DNA of 32,000 nt. Source: Methanocaldococcus jannaschii DSM 2661. GTDB taxonomy: Archaea; AGJL01; Methanococci; Methanococcales; Methanocaldococcaceae. The notes beneath the pieces are model-generated. The model had not been told where the DNA came from and ran no database searches. It saw only the letters and a list, made by a program, of their open reading frames with translations. The stretch is from assembly GCF_000091665.1 (NCBI RefSeq), contig NC_000909.1, positions 820,712 to 852,711 of the forward strand, in the 5' to 3' direction. The position numbers and the translations under genes were made by a program. Of this stretch, positions 16,319-25,811 are shown one piece after another (position 1 is the stretch's first letter; each line of letters opens with the position of its first letter).

Positions 16319-19300
16319 ATGATAAAGATTGGCTTTGTTTCAACAATAGATAGTGATGATTTAGTTTTTGAAGAAGCATATAAAGAGATTAAAAAATATG
16401 GCATTGAATTTAAAATATTGGATTATAAATGTAGCAGAAAGGAGTTTGAAGAATTTTTAGAGTTTATTAAAGAAGCTAATATTGTTTTTACAAAACTCAT
16501 GGGAGGGAAAAATGCCTTCAAGTATTACGATGAATTGGCTGAGTTTTGTAAAAGGCATAACATCCCATTTCTCCCTCTACCAACAATCTCAGAAATTCAT
16601 CCAGATTTAGAGAAGGATAGGACAGTAGATGATGACGTAAAGAATAAAGTTGTCAAATATTTGGGATATGAAGGGGTTTATAATTACAAAAATCTTCTTT
16701 TATATTTGGCAAATAGGTTTGGAAATTTAAATGTTGAGTATGAAGAACCAAGACCAATGCCATGGCAAGGAATTTACTATAAAGGAAAATACTTTGAAAC
16801 ATTAGATGATTATCTAAACTATCTAAAAGAATTGGGCAGAGATTTAGATAAACCAATTATAGGAGTTTTATTTTATAGAAATTGGTTTGTAGCTAATAAC
16901 ATTGATTATGTTAATGATTTGATTGATATTATTGAGAATAAAGGAGCTATTCCAATAGCTGTTTTTAGCTCTCATTTAAAGAACGAACTCGGCTCTATAG
17001 GAACTTTAGAAACATTCAAAAGATTTTTCTACAAAGATGGGAAGCCAATAGTTCATGCCTTAATTAACACTACCATGTTCACTCTTTCAATGGGTGTTAA
17101 GGCAGAGTTGTTAAAAGATGAGCCGGAGTTTTTGAAAGAGCTTAATGTTCCAATACTGCAGGGGATTATATCAACTGGATTTATTGAGGATTGGAAAAAG
17201 TCAGTATCTGGATTAAATCCAATTGATTTAATTATAGGAATGGCAATGCCAGAGTTTGATGGGGCAATAATACATTTCCCAATTGGTGGGAAGGAGAAGA
17301 TAAAAGATGGAGAAGTTGGAGTTCCAATTATTAAGTATAGAGCTATAAGAGATAGAGCTGAGAAGATAGTTGATTTAGCCCTAAGATATGCAAATTTAAA
17401 ATTAAAGTCAAATAAAGATAAAAAAATAGCCATAATTTTCCACAATTATCCACCAAGGAATGACAAGATAGCAAGTGCCTTTGGTTTAGATAGCCCAGAG
17501 AGTGTTGTTAATATTTTGAAGGAGATGAAGAAAAGAGGATTTATAGTTGATGAGATTCCAAAGAATGGAACTGAGTTAATAAAAAAGATGTTAAACTATG
17601 CCACAAATGATAAGAGATTTCTAACTGAAGAGATGATAAAAAAAGCAGTTGGAAAAGTAAAAAAAGAAGATTACGAGAAGTGGTTTAACTCTCTGTCTGA
17701 AAAGGTTAAGCAAGAGCTAATAAAAAATTGGGGAGCCATTCCTGGAGATGTTATGAACTTCGATGGAGAGCTAATAATCCCAGGAATAATTAATGGAAAT
17801 GTCTTTATCTCAGTTCAGCCACCAAGAGGATTTGGAGAGAATCCCTCTGCCATATACCACTCTCCAGATTTGCCACCAACTCATTACTATATAGCATTTT
17901 ATAAATGGATTAAGGATGTTTTCAAAGCAGATGCAATTATGCATATAGGAAAGCATGGAAACTTAGAATGGCTTCCTGGGAAGTGTGTTGGCTTATCTAA
18001 TGAATGCTATCCAGACATCTGCATGGAATTGCCAAATATTTATCCATTTATTGTAAATAATCCTGGAGAAGGAACTCAAGCAAAGAGGAGGAGTTATGCA
18101 ACAATTATAAGCCATTTAATCCCACCAATGACAATATCTGATTTGTATGGTGATTTAGTAGAGTTAGAAAAGAGTATTGATGACTATTATGAAACAGAGA
18201 ATAAAGAGAAAAAAGAATTTTTAAAGAAAGAGATTTTAAAGAAGATTAAAGAGCTAAAATTAGATGAAGATTTGTTGGATGGAAAAGTTATAGATGAAGA
18301 GATAAATGATGAGAATTTTGAAAAACTCCTAAATAAAATCCACGATTACTTAGAAACTTTAAAGAATAGGCAGATAAATGATGGATTGCATATAATGGGA
18401 GTCCCATTGGAAGGAGATAAGTTAGTTAATATGTTATTCATGATTATTAGGTATCAATTCAACTATTTGGAGATTTTGGCAGAGATTTTAGATTACAGTT
18501 GGGAAGAGTTAAATGAAAATAAAGGAAAGTATCACAAAATCTTAGATGAAATAAATGAAATAGGATTAAATCTACTAAAAGAGTATATGCAATACAACTT
18601 CGATGAAAATAAGATTGATGAGCTAAAAACAGTTAAAATAAACTCTAAATTAAGGGATGTCTTAAAAACCGTCTCGACAATCTATAAAAATCTAATGAAA
18701 GTTGATGAAGAGATTATAAATGCAGTAAATGCCTTAGAGGGTTTTTACATCCCTCCAAGAGTTGCAGGAGCTCCTACGAAAGATATAAACTGCCTTCCAA
18801 CTGGAAGGAACTTTTATTCATGTAATCCGCAAGAGATTCCAACAAAATCTGCATATGAGATGGGTAAAAAATTGGCTGAGGACTTAATTAACAAGTATCT
18901 AAAAGAAGAAGGGAAATATCCTGAATATATAGGCGTTATCGTCTGGGGATCTCCAACTATGAGAACAAAAGGAGATGATATTGGAGAGATTTTATATTTA
19001 TTGGGAGTTAAGCCAGTTTGGAATAAGATGGGAAGAGTTGTTGGTTTAGAAGTTATCCCATTGGAAGAGTTAGGGAGACCAAGGATCGATGTAACTTTGA
19101 GAATCTCTGGGTTGTTTAGAGACACTTTTCCAAACGTTGTTGAGCTTATAGATGAAGCAATAAAAATGGTTGCTAATTTAGATGAGCCAGACGAGATGAA
19201 CTATGTAAAGAAGCATTATAGGGAGGAGGTTGAAGAGAAGATAAAGAAGGGTATTGATGAAAAAACAGCCAAAGAAACCTCATTATATAGGATATTCAGT

Positions 19301-20005
19301 GATAAACCGGGTTGTTATGGAGCTGGTGTCTCTCATTTAATAGATGAGAAAAACTGGGAATCAATAGAGGACTTTGCAAAGGTTTATGTTGAATGGGGAG
19401 GCTATGCTTATGGAAAGGGCTATTATGGAGTAGAGGCAAAAGAAGAGTTTATAAATCGTCTATCAAAGATTGAATTAACAGTTAAAAATGAAGATAGCCA
19501 AGAATGGGATATATTTGAGGGGGATGACTTCAACAGCTATCATGGTGGTTTAATTGCCTCTGTAACCTATTACTCTGGCAAAAAGCCAGTGAGTTATGTT
19601 GGAGATACATCAAATCCAAATGATATAAGAACAAAACATCTAAAAGAAGAAGGAAAAGAAATATTCAGAACAAAAATCATGAATCCAAAGTGGATTGAGG
19701 GAATGAAGAGGCATGGATATAAAGGAGCCGCTGACTTTTCAAAGTATGTTGATCATATGTTTGCATGGGATGCAACCTCTGGCATAATAGACGATTGGAT
19801 GTATGAGAAGATTGCTGAGAAGTATGTGTTTGATAAAGATATGGAAGAGTTTTTTAAAGAAAATAATCCTTATGCTCTGCTAAATATAACTGAAAGGTTG
19901 TTGGAGGCAATAGAGAGAGGAATGTGGAAGGCAGATGAGGAGATGAAAGAGAAGTTAAGGAAGAAGTATTTAGAAATAGAGGGAATGATTGAGGAAAAAC
20001 TATAA
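16319..20005 (+). CDS. cobN: Class I chelatase large subunit, CobN/ChlH/BchH family
   Basis: About 1228 aa. The blocks HIGKHGNLEWLPGK, NNPGEGTQAKRR and YYIPPRVAGAPT are characteristic of CobN/BchH. ATG 16319 follows SD GGTGA. Confidence 0.9.
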   Translation: MIKIGFVSTIDSDDLVFEEAYKEIKKYGIEFKILDYKCSRKEFEEFLEFIKEANIVFTKLMGGKNAFKYYDELAEFCKRHNIPFLPLPTISEIHPDLEKDRTVDDDVKNKVVKYLGYEGVYNYKNLLLYLANRFGNLNVEYEEPRPMPWQGIYYKGKYFETLDDYLNYLKELGRDLDKPIIGVLFYRNWFVANNIDYVNDLIDIIENKGAIPIAVFSSHLKNELGSIGTLETFKRFFYKDGKPIVHALINTTMFTLSMGVKAELLKDEPEFLKELNVPILQGIISTGFIEDWKKSVSGLNPIDLIIGMAMPEFDGAIIHFPIGGKEKIKDGEVGVPIIKYRAIRDRAEKIVDLALRYANLKLKSNKDKKIAIIFHNYPPRNDKIASAFGLDSPESVVNILKEMKKRGFIVDEIPKNGTELIKKMLNYATNDKRFLTEEMIKKAVGKVKKEDYEKWFNSLSEKVKQELIKNWGAIPGDVMNFDGELIIPGIINGNVFISVQPPRGFGENPSAIYHSPDLPPTHYYIAFYKWIKDVFKADAIMHIGKHGNLEWLPGKCVGLSNECYPDICMELPNIYPFIVNNPGEGTQAKRRSYATIISHLIPPMTISDLYGDLVELEKSIDDYYETENKEKKEFLKKEILKKIKELKLDEDLLDGKVIDEEINDENFEKLLNKIHDYLETLKNRQINDGLHIMGVPLEGDKLVNMLFMIIRYQFNYLEILAEILDYSWEELNENKGKYHKILDEINEIGLNLLKEYMQYNFDENKIDELKTVKINSKLRDVLKTVSTIYKNLMKVDEEIINAVNALEGFYIPPRVAGAPTKDINCLPTGRNFYSCNPQEIPTKSAYEMGKKLAEDLINKYLKEEGKYPEYIGVIVWGSPTMRTKGDDIGEILYLLGVKPVWNKMGRVVGLEVIPLEELGRPRIDVTLRISGLFRDTFPNVVELIDEAIKMVANLDEPDEMNYVKKHYREEVEEKIKKGIDEKTAKETSLYRIFSDKPGCYGAGVSHLIDEKNWESIEDFAKVYVEWGGYAYGKGYYGVEAKEEFINRLSKIELTVKNEDSQEWDIFEGDDFNSYHGGLIASVTYYSGKKPVSYVGDTSNPNDIRTKHLKEEGKEIFRTKIMNPKWIEGMKRHGYKGAADFSKYVDHMFAWDATSGIIDDWMYEKIAEKYVFDKDMEEFFKENNPYALLNITERLLEAIERGMWKADEEMKEKLRKKYLEIEGMIEEKL

Positions 20006-20053
20006 AACTTTTTATATCTTAAAAGTTACAAAAAGTAATTTGGGCGATTTTAA

Positions 20054-20239
20054 ATGAGCATCGTTCAATCTTATATTACTGATGAAAAAGGAAATATCAA
20101 AGGAGTTATTTTAGATTATAAGACATTTAAGAAAATTGAAGAGTTGTTATTGGATTATGGGCTTTTAAAGGCTATGGAGGAAGTTGAGAATGAGGAAGAA
20201 ATTGATTTAGAAACTGCTAAAAAGTTGTTAGAGCAGTGA
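20054..20239 (+). CDS. relB: Antitoxin of a RelBE-type module
   Basis: 61-aa acidic protein. Its stop overlaps the toxin start (GTGA at 20236-20239). Confidence 0.6.
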
Positions 20240-20511
20240 AACAATGGAAGTATCTTTTAAAAAAATCTTTTATTAAAGATTTAAAGGAGTTACCTAAAAA
20301 TATTCAAGAAAAGATTAAAAAATTAGTTTTTGAAGAGATTCCAAATAAAAATAATCCACCTGAAATTCCCAATGTAAAAAAGCTAAAAGGTGCAGATAGT
20401 TATTATCGAATTAGAGTTGGAGATTATAGAATTGGTTTTAAATATGAAAATGGAAAAATTGTGTTTTATAGAGTTCTACATAGAAAACAAATTTATAAAA
20501 GATTTCCATAA
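20236..20511 (+). CDS. relE: RelE/ParE-family mRNA interferase toxin
   Basis: 91 aa. [32 protein letters not shown] matches the RelE core (R-x-G-D-Y-R ... R..H.R). Confidence 0.8.
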
Positions 20512-20532
20512 ATGAAATTTTTGGTGGTTTAA

Positions 20533-20655
20533 ATGTCAGAGATTATTGAGGTTATTTATGAGGATGGTGTTTTAAAGCCATTAAAACCATTAAAAATAAA
20601 GGATAAAAAGAGATTAAAAATTAAAATTGTTGATGATGATGTTGAAGAATTTTAA
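20533..20655 (+). CDS. DUF104/UPF0165-type small protein (VapB-like putative antitoxin), orphan. Not in the ORF track (40 aa).
   Basis: MSEIIEVIYEDGVLKPLKPLKIKDKKRLKIKIVDDDVEEF. SD GGTGG (20523-20527) lies 5 nt upstream. The IEAIYE-GV-KPL pattern of this family is from memory. Confidence 0.65.
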   Translation: MSEIIEVIYEDGVLKPLKPLKIKDKKRLKIKIVDDDVEEF

Positions 20656-20717
20656 AATCCATGATAATAAAAAAGTGTAAGGGTATTGATATAAAAAATC
20701 AAAAGAGGCATGCTACA

Positions 20718-21698
20718 TTAGAAGTTAATTTCTAAACTCTTACAAATATCTAAGATTTTATCTTTGCTTAACTCTTCTATTTTGTAATACTTAAATCCAA
20801 ATCTATTAGCGATCTCCTTTCCAATCCCAATCTTTATAAATGATTGTGGTTCTGTATCAATTAATATAACGTTAATGCCCTTTTCAGCTATCTTCTCACA
20901 TGCATCAAAAACCTCTTTAACATAATCCTCCTTAACAGCTACATTTGGTTTGAAATCGCTAATTACAATCATTATTGGGATAATATTTGGATTTTTTCTA
21001 ATCTCTCTATCAAAGACCTCATAACTCTTAATAAAGGCATCAGCTAAAGGTGTTTTTCCTCCAGTTGGTAAATCTTTTAATAGTTTCTCTCCCAACTCTA
21101 CTGAAGATGTGAATGGCAAGATTAACTCAGCTTTATCCTTTCTAAATGCAATCATTCCAATTTTATTCCTCTTTTGATATGCATCTAAAAGTAGAGAGAT
21201 TATAGCCCCCTTAGCAGCTTCCATTCTTCTCATTGCTCCCATTGAGCCACTTGCATCAACAACAAATAATATATGGGAGGATATCTTCCTCTGTCTAACT
21301 TTCTCAACAATATCCTCTTTTTCTAAGTAGATGGCTAATTTTTTGTTGGCTTTTTCTCTTCTCTTTTTTTGATGTATTGCCGCTCTTCTAAATGTTGCAT
21401 CGAAGGCAATATCTATAATTTTATCATTAGCAAGTTTAAATTTAATATACCTCCCTCTTCTGCTGTAGCTTTTAATATGCCTTCCAGAACCATATCTATG
21501 GATATTATCTTTAAGTTTGAATTGTATAAGCTTAGGATTTACCTTAACACTCTCATCTATGCCAAAGGTTTGTTCAAAATCTCCAGTAGTATCTTCATTT
21601 TGGTTATTTTGATTATTAGAGTTGTCATTATTATCTCTTTCATCGTTACTGGTTTCTTCCTCAAACTCATTCTTTATTTCATCATGTTTTTTTTTACG
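20718..21698 (-). CDS. chlD: ChlD/BchD-type acidic linker plus vWA (MIDAS) domain. No start codon of its own before 21242. Reached from chlI by a -1 shift.
   Basis: The frame is open for 152 codons upstream of the first ATG (21242) with no ATG/GTG/TTG. That ATG lies inside the MIDAS motif [10 protein letters not shown]. Upstream it encodes the linker [32 protein letters not shown]. The ATG-limited ORF is 20718-21242. Confidence 0.75.
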   Translation of the reverse strand, partial: RKKKHDEIKNEFEEETSNDERDNNDNSNNQNNQNEDTTGDFEQTFGIDESVKVNPKLIQFKLKDNIHRYGSGRHIKSYSRRGRYIKFKLANDKIIDIAFDATFRRAAIHQKKRREKANKKLAIYLEKEDIVEKVRQRKISSHILFVVDASGSMGAMRRMEAAKGAIISLLLDAYQKRNKIGMIAFRKDKAELILPFTSSVELGEKLLKDLPTGGKTPLADAFIKSYEVFDREIRKNPNIIPIMIVISDFKPNVAVKEDYVKEVFDACEKIAEKGINVILIDTEPQSFIKIGIGKEIANRFGFKYYKIEELSKDKILDICKSLEINF

Positions 21699-22771
21699 TC
21701 ATCATCTTTATGCTCTTCTTTCTCTTCATTATCTTTATTATTTTGCTGTTTAAATTCATTAATCATCTGCTCCAACTTCTCTTTATTTAGTTGTGGAGGT
21801 TCAAATGGCTTTCTTCTCATTCTATGTGGTAGAGCCAACTCCATAGCCTCTTTAACATCATCTATAGTTACATAAGTTCGTCCATTGTAAGCAGCTAACG
21901 CCTTAGCTGTTCTAACAACGGTTATATCTGCTCTATTTGTCTGAATTCCTAACTCAATACAAACTTTAGATATAAATTCTAAGAGGTCATCACTTATCTC
22001 AACTTTATTTAAAAGCTCTCTTGCTTTAATTATCCTCTCTCTTAATTTGTTCTGCTCTTCCTCAAATTTCTTATAAAATGCCTCTGGATTTTCGTTGAAT
22101 TCCTCAACTCTCTTTATAACCTCTACCCTATCTTTAACATCATTTAATCCTTCAACATCAACCATTAAACCAAATCTATCTAAGATTTGAGGTCTCAACT
22201 CTCCCTCCTCTGGGTTCATAGTCCCTACTAATATAAATCTTGAAGGATGCTTTATCTTAACTCCTTCTCTCTCAATGATATTCCAACCCATTGCTGCAGC
22301 ATCCAACAAAACATCAATTATATGGTCATCCAGTAAATTAACTTCATCAATGTATAGGATATTTCTATTTGCCTCTGCTAAAATTCCTGGCTCTAATGCT
22401 TTAATTCCTTCTTTTATTGCCTTCTCTATATCCAATGTTCCGATAACCCTATCTTCAGTAGCTCCAATTGGGAGATTAACTACTTTCATCTTCTTTTTTG
22501 TAGTTTTTAACTCTCCTCTCTTTTTCTTTTCTTTGCAAATATCACATAGGTTTCCATTTGGGTCGCAGTTGAATGGACATCCTTCAACAATTTCAATCTC
22601 TGGGAGTAAATCAGCCAAAGCCCTAACTGCTGTAGATTTCGCTGTCCCTTTCTCTCCTCTAATTAAGACACCACCAATCTTTGGATTTATTGCATTTAAG
22701 ATCAATGCTTTTTTCATCTTTTCCTGTCCAACTATTGCTGTAAATGGGTAAATATACTGCATAATCATCAC
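21674..22771 (-). CDS. chlI: AAA+ chelatase subunit ChlI/BchI homolog
   Basis: [16 protein letters not shown], Walker [10 protein letters not shown], Walker [10 protein letters not shown], and the arginine-finger region. Start is GTG 22771 or ATG 22768/22762. Confidence 0.9.
   Translation of the reverse strand: MMIMQYIYPFTAIVGQEKMKKALILNAINPKIGGVLIRGEKGTAKSTAVRALADLLPEIEIVEGCPFNCDPNGNLCDICKEKKKRGELKTTKKKMKVVNLPIGATEDRVIGTLDIEKAIKEGIKALEPGILAEANRNILYIDEVNLLDDHIIDVLLDAAAMGWNIIEREGVKIKHPSRFILVGTMNPEEGELRPQILDRFGLMVDVEGLNDVKDRVEVIKRVEEFNENPEAFYKKFEEEQNKLRERIIKARELLNKVEISDDLLEFISKVCIELGIQTNRADITVVRTAKALAAYNGRTYVTIDDVKEAMELALPHRMRRKPFEPPQLNKEKLEQMINEFKQQNNKDNEEKEEHKDDDVKKNMMK
21687..21695 (-). other. 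A9 tract (coding strand) at the chlI / chlD frame junction
   Basis: The minus strand reads GAC GTA AAA AAA AAC ATG ATG AAA TAA in the chlI frame. The -1 frame reads (TGA) CGT AAA AAA AAA CAT GAT GAA... Confidence 0.6.
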
Positions 22772-22987
22772 ACTTTTAATGGTTTTAATAGAAGATTTTA
22801 ATAATATTTAATATTAATTTTTTATTTTTATGAGTATTATAATACTTTTTACGTTATTTTAGGTAGGCATTAACTTATATTTAAACGTTAATGTTGCTGA
22901 GATAAAATTAATTTTAATAATGGCTGAGATGGAAAGATAAAAAAAGTTTGTTAATAAAATTAATATGTCAATTTTATGGTGAAATCA

Positions 22988-23707
22988 ATGATTGCTGTAA
23001 TTAGTGATATACATTCAAATTTAGAGGCATTAAATGCAGTTTTGAATGATATAAAAAATAGAGGTATTAAAAAAATCTTTTGTTTGGGAGATATTGTTGG
23101 TTATGGAGCTAATCCAAACGAATGCGTAGAATTAATAAGAGACCTCAACTGTTTAAGTGTAGTTGGAAATCATGATTATGGAGTTTTAGGAAAGGAGAGC
23201 TTAGATTACTTTAATAAATATGGGGCTATAGCAATACTATGGACTAAGAAGGTAATAAAAAATGAAAATCTAAAATTCTTGGATTCTCTACCTTTAATTA
23301 TTGAAGAGAATATAAAGGGCAAAAAAGTTATCTTCTCACATGCAAATCCTAAGCATCCAGAGATTTGGGAATATCTATTTCCTGATTATGTTGATGATGT
23401 ATTTAATTATGGAGATTTGATATTTGTTGGACATTCCCACATACCATTTGTAAATTCTGAAGAAGGCAATTTATTGCTTCATGAAGGAAAAATATACTTA
23501 GATGAGGATAAAAAGTATCTGATAAATCCGGGTAGTGTAGGACAGCCAAGGGATGGGATAAATAAGGCAAGCTACTGTATATTTGATGAAAAAGATTTCA
23601 AAATAGAGATTGTTAGGGTAGAATATGACATTAAAAAAGCTTATGAGAAGATTGTTAAAAATAGATTACCTGAATGGCTTGGTGAGAGGTTATTTTTAGG
23701 AAGATAA
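22988..23707 (+). CDS. Calcineurin-like metallophosphoesterase (YfcE/MJ0936-like fold family)
   Basis: The DIHSN, GDIVGYG, GNHD and GHSH motifs occur in the canonical order. ATG 22988 follows SD GGTGA (22977-22981). Confidence 0.85.
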   Translation: MIAVISDIHSNLEALNAVLNDIKNRGIKKIFCLGDIVGYGANPNECVELIRDLNCLSVVGNHDYGVLGKESLDYFNKYGAIAILWTKKVIKNENLKFLDSLPLIIEENIKGKKVIFSHANPKHPEIWEYLFPDYVDDVFNYGDLIFVGHSHIPFVNSEEGNLLLHEGKIYLDEDKKYLINPGSVGQPRDGINKASYCIFDEKDFKIEIVRVEYDIKKAYEKIVKNRLPEWLGERLFLGR

Positions 23708-23708
23708 T

Positions 23709-23870
23709 TTAAAGAAATCTTCCGTATGTTAAAATTGCTTCAATAATAACAAACGCCACAGTAACTCCAATTACATGTTCTGGCTTAACTCTAATTTTTG
23801 AAAATGTCTCATCCATGTATCTTATTAGCCCAGCACTTGTTGCTAATCCAGTTTCTTCTCTTTTGCTCAT
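23709..23870 (-). CDS. secG: Preprotein translocase subunit SecG (archaeal Sec61-beta), 53 aa. Not in the ORF track.
   Basis: Hand translation gives [53 protein letters not shown], a tail-anchored TM protein. The ATG overlaps the coaBC stop (ATGA). Confidence 0.85.
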
Positions 23871-25078
23871 GATTTCACCAATTTTTTAACTTTTTCAACA
23901 ATTCTTTCGGAAATTTCCTTTTTAGATCCAGAGATTTTCTCAACTTCATATTTTGTTATAATATAAACCTCGATATAATCATCTCCAAAATAGTGCTTAC
24001 TTAAATCATTGGCTATAATCATATTTAAATTGTATTTATTTAGTCGCTCCTTAGCCCTATTTATAAGTTCCTTTTCATCTAAATTGTATTCTGCTTTAAA
24101 TCCAATAATTACCTTATCCTTATAAATCCTTCTTAACTCTTCTAAAACTTTAGGATTTCTCTTTAACTTTAATATTAGCTCTTCTTCAGAACTTAGCTTA
24201 CCTTCAAAACTCTCAACAGTAAAATCAGATATTGCTGCCGATGAAATAATTATATCAAAGTCCTTAGCCAACTCAATAGCTTTATTTAACATCTCCTTAG
24301 CTGTTAAAACCTTATGATTTTTTATATAATAAGGTGGCTCTAAACCCATAGCGGTTATAACCTCAACATAAAATCCTTCTTTGCAAAAAGCTTCAGCTAA
24401 AGCAACACCCATTTTTCCAGATGATAAATTAGATATAACTCTAACTTTGTCTATAAACTCAACAGTCCCTCCGTTTAATATTAAAACTCTATTTCCTTCT
24501 TTTTTTAAGTTATTTCCGATTTTTTCAATAACTGCTTTAACAACATCCTCAATATTTGCTACTTTTGCCTTCCCTTCTTCAAACTTTGGAGATATGATAT
24601 AAATTTTATCTTTCTCTTTAAGCTTATCTATATGTCTTTTAATTGCATTGAACATATTTTCATGCATTGCTGGGACAATAAATATCGGTTTATTTCCAAA
24701 AAACATTAAGGCAGTTGTATTTACAATATTATCTGCAATTCCTAAATTTATTTTTGAGATTATATTGGCTGTTGCTGGATATATTAAAAGGCAATCACAT
24801 TCATTGTATAAAAGGATATGCTCAATATCTCCAGTTATCTCTTCATAAACCTCATTTCCACAACCAAATTTTAATGCCTCTTTGCCTATAATCTTCTTTG
24901 TCTCTTCTGTAATGATGCAATAAACCTCTGCTCCATGCCTTATCAATTCTCTCATTAACTTTGGTGTTTCAATAGCCGCTATTGATGAAGTTACAGCAAC
25001 TAAGATTTTTTTATTCTCTAAGAGCTTTGATTTAGTTCCTTTTAATAATTTAGTTGGGTGCATGATTTCACTTATCAT
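23867..25078 (-). CDS. coaBC: Bifunctional phosphopantothenoylcysteine decarboxylase/synthetase (CoaBC, Dfp)
   Basis: N-terminal flavoprotein domain ([19 protein letters not shown]) and a C-terminal CoaB domain ([10 protein letters not shown]). An alternative start is ATG 25063. Confidence 0.9.
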
Positions 25079-25478
25079 ATATTTTTAAACCAAATTCTTT
25101 TAATCTCTCAAAATGTTTTTTGTTTTTAGTCCATAATGGATAATTTTTGATTATTGCGGTGCATGCAATATATAAGTCAGCATCGTCTATTAGCATACCT
25201 CTCTTTTTTAATTGTCGGTAAATTTTTGAAAATGGTATAATTATCTCTTCATCAATATAAACAATCTCAAACAACTCTTTAAAAATATTTAGAACTTGTT
25301 CTTGTTTGTGTTCTGAAATACCTCTAATAAATTCGACTGCTGTTATTATTGAAATCGCTTCTCCTCCGAGTTCTTCCAATCTTCTTTTTTTAAAATAATC
25401 AATTAAAACTGAAGTATCGACCAATATTTTACTCTCTTCTTTTTCTAATTTCTTCTTCAATTTCTTCAATATTTTCAC
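25068..25478 (-). CDS. vapC: PIN-domain ribonuclease toxin VapC
   Basis: ILVDTSVLIDYF, AVEFIRG and DDADLYIACTA provide the conserved acidic residues. The ATG start overlaps the antitoxin by 50 nt. TTG 25424 gives the more usual 4-nt gap. Confidence 0.8.
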   Translation of the reverse strand: MKILKKLKKKLEKEESKILVDTSVLIDYFKKRRLEELGGEAISIITAVEFIRGISEHKQEQVLNIFKELFEIVYIDEEIIIPFSKIYRQLKKRGMLIDDADLYIACTAIIKNYPLWTKNKKHFERLKEFGLKIYDK

Positions 25479-25623
25479 CTTCTAATAATTCATAGAGTTT
25501 GTTAGCAAGTAATTTATATCTAACATATCTTTTAACATCATCTTTGAATTTTTTAGCATCAATATCTTCTGGAATTTCAAAAGTTATAGTAATCCTTTTT
25601 GTTTTAGATTTTGCAGAAATCAT
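25429..25623 (-). CDS. vapB: Putative VapB-type antitoxin partner of the PIN toxin
   Basis: 64-aa charged ORF immediately upstream of, and overlapping, vapC. The call rests on context only. Confidence 0.5.
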   Translation of the reverse strand: MISAKSKTKRITITFEIPEDIDAKKFKDDVKRYVRYKLLANKLYELLEGENIEEIEEEIRKRRE

Positions 25624-25811
25624 TCTAAATCACCTTATTTCTATAATTATATGTTTGTTTATTTAAATTTTTCTTATTTCATTTTCAATTCTTTCAATTT
25701 CTTTCTCTTTATCTTTCCACCAGTTTTTGCTCTAAATTCTTATTATTTTCCATCCTTTCATTTCCAAAAACTTATTTATCAATATTTTATATAATTAATT
25801 ATATAAAAATT

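Noticed and set aside
20661-20735. 24-codon ORF after the DUF104 gene as a candidate truncated PIN toxin
   Set aside because: It has no PIN signature (no DT/DS acidic motif), overlaps the chlD 3' end antisense, and the near-palindrome TTAGAAGTTAATTTCTAA explains the open frame.
21369-21875. Plus-strand 168-aa ORF filling the apparent gap between the vWA ORF and chlI
   Set aside because: It is low-complexity, hydrophobic and repeat-like, and antisense to the stop-free ChlD linker frame. The minus-strand reading (acidic linker plus MIDAS motif) is far more convincing.
22896-22942. Direct 8-mer repeat GCTGAGAT (22896-22903 and 22923-22930) in the chlI/phosphoesterase divergent spacer
   Set aside because: It is short, with only two copies and no symmetry or phasing with a recognisable TATA box. 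It is compatible with chance.
2465-22987. N-terminally extended starts in the ORF track (TTG 2465, GTG 4822, GTG 6233, TTG 6944, GTG 8601, TTG 10304, TTG 11215, TTG 16217, TTG 16307, ATG 22976)
   Set aside because: In each case the extension overlaps or precedes a GGTG/GGAGG-type SD that is spaced 5-7 nt from a downstream in-frame start. That start is an ATG, except GTG 8610 for flaJ, and it gives a canonical N-terminus such as the archaellin signal peptide, FlaK D18 or DIHSN.
25660-25761. Small minus-strand coiled-coil-like ORF upstream of vapB (MENNKNLEQKLVER*, then KEKEIERIENEIRKI* in another frame)
   Set aside because: Only 14 codons before a stop. The SD is adjacent to the ATG with no spacer. 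Continuation needs yet another frameshift. Too weak to call; it may be a decayed remnant.
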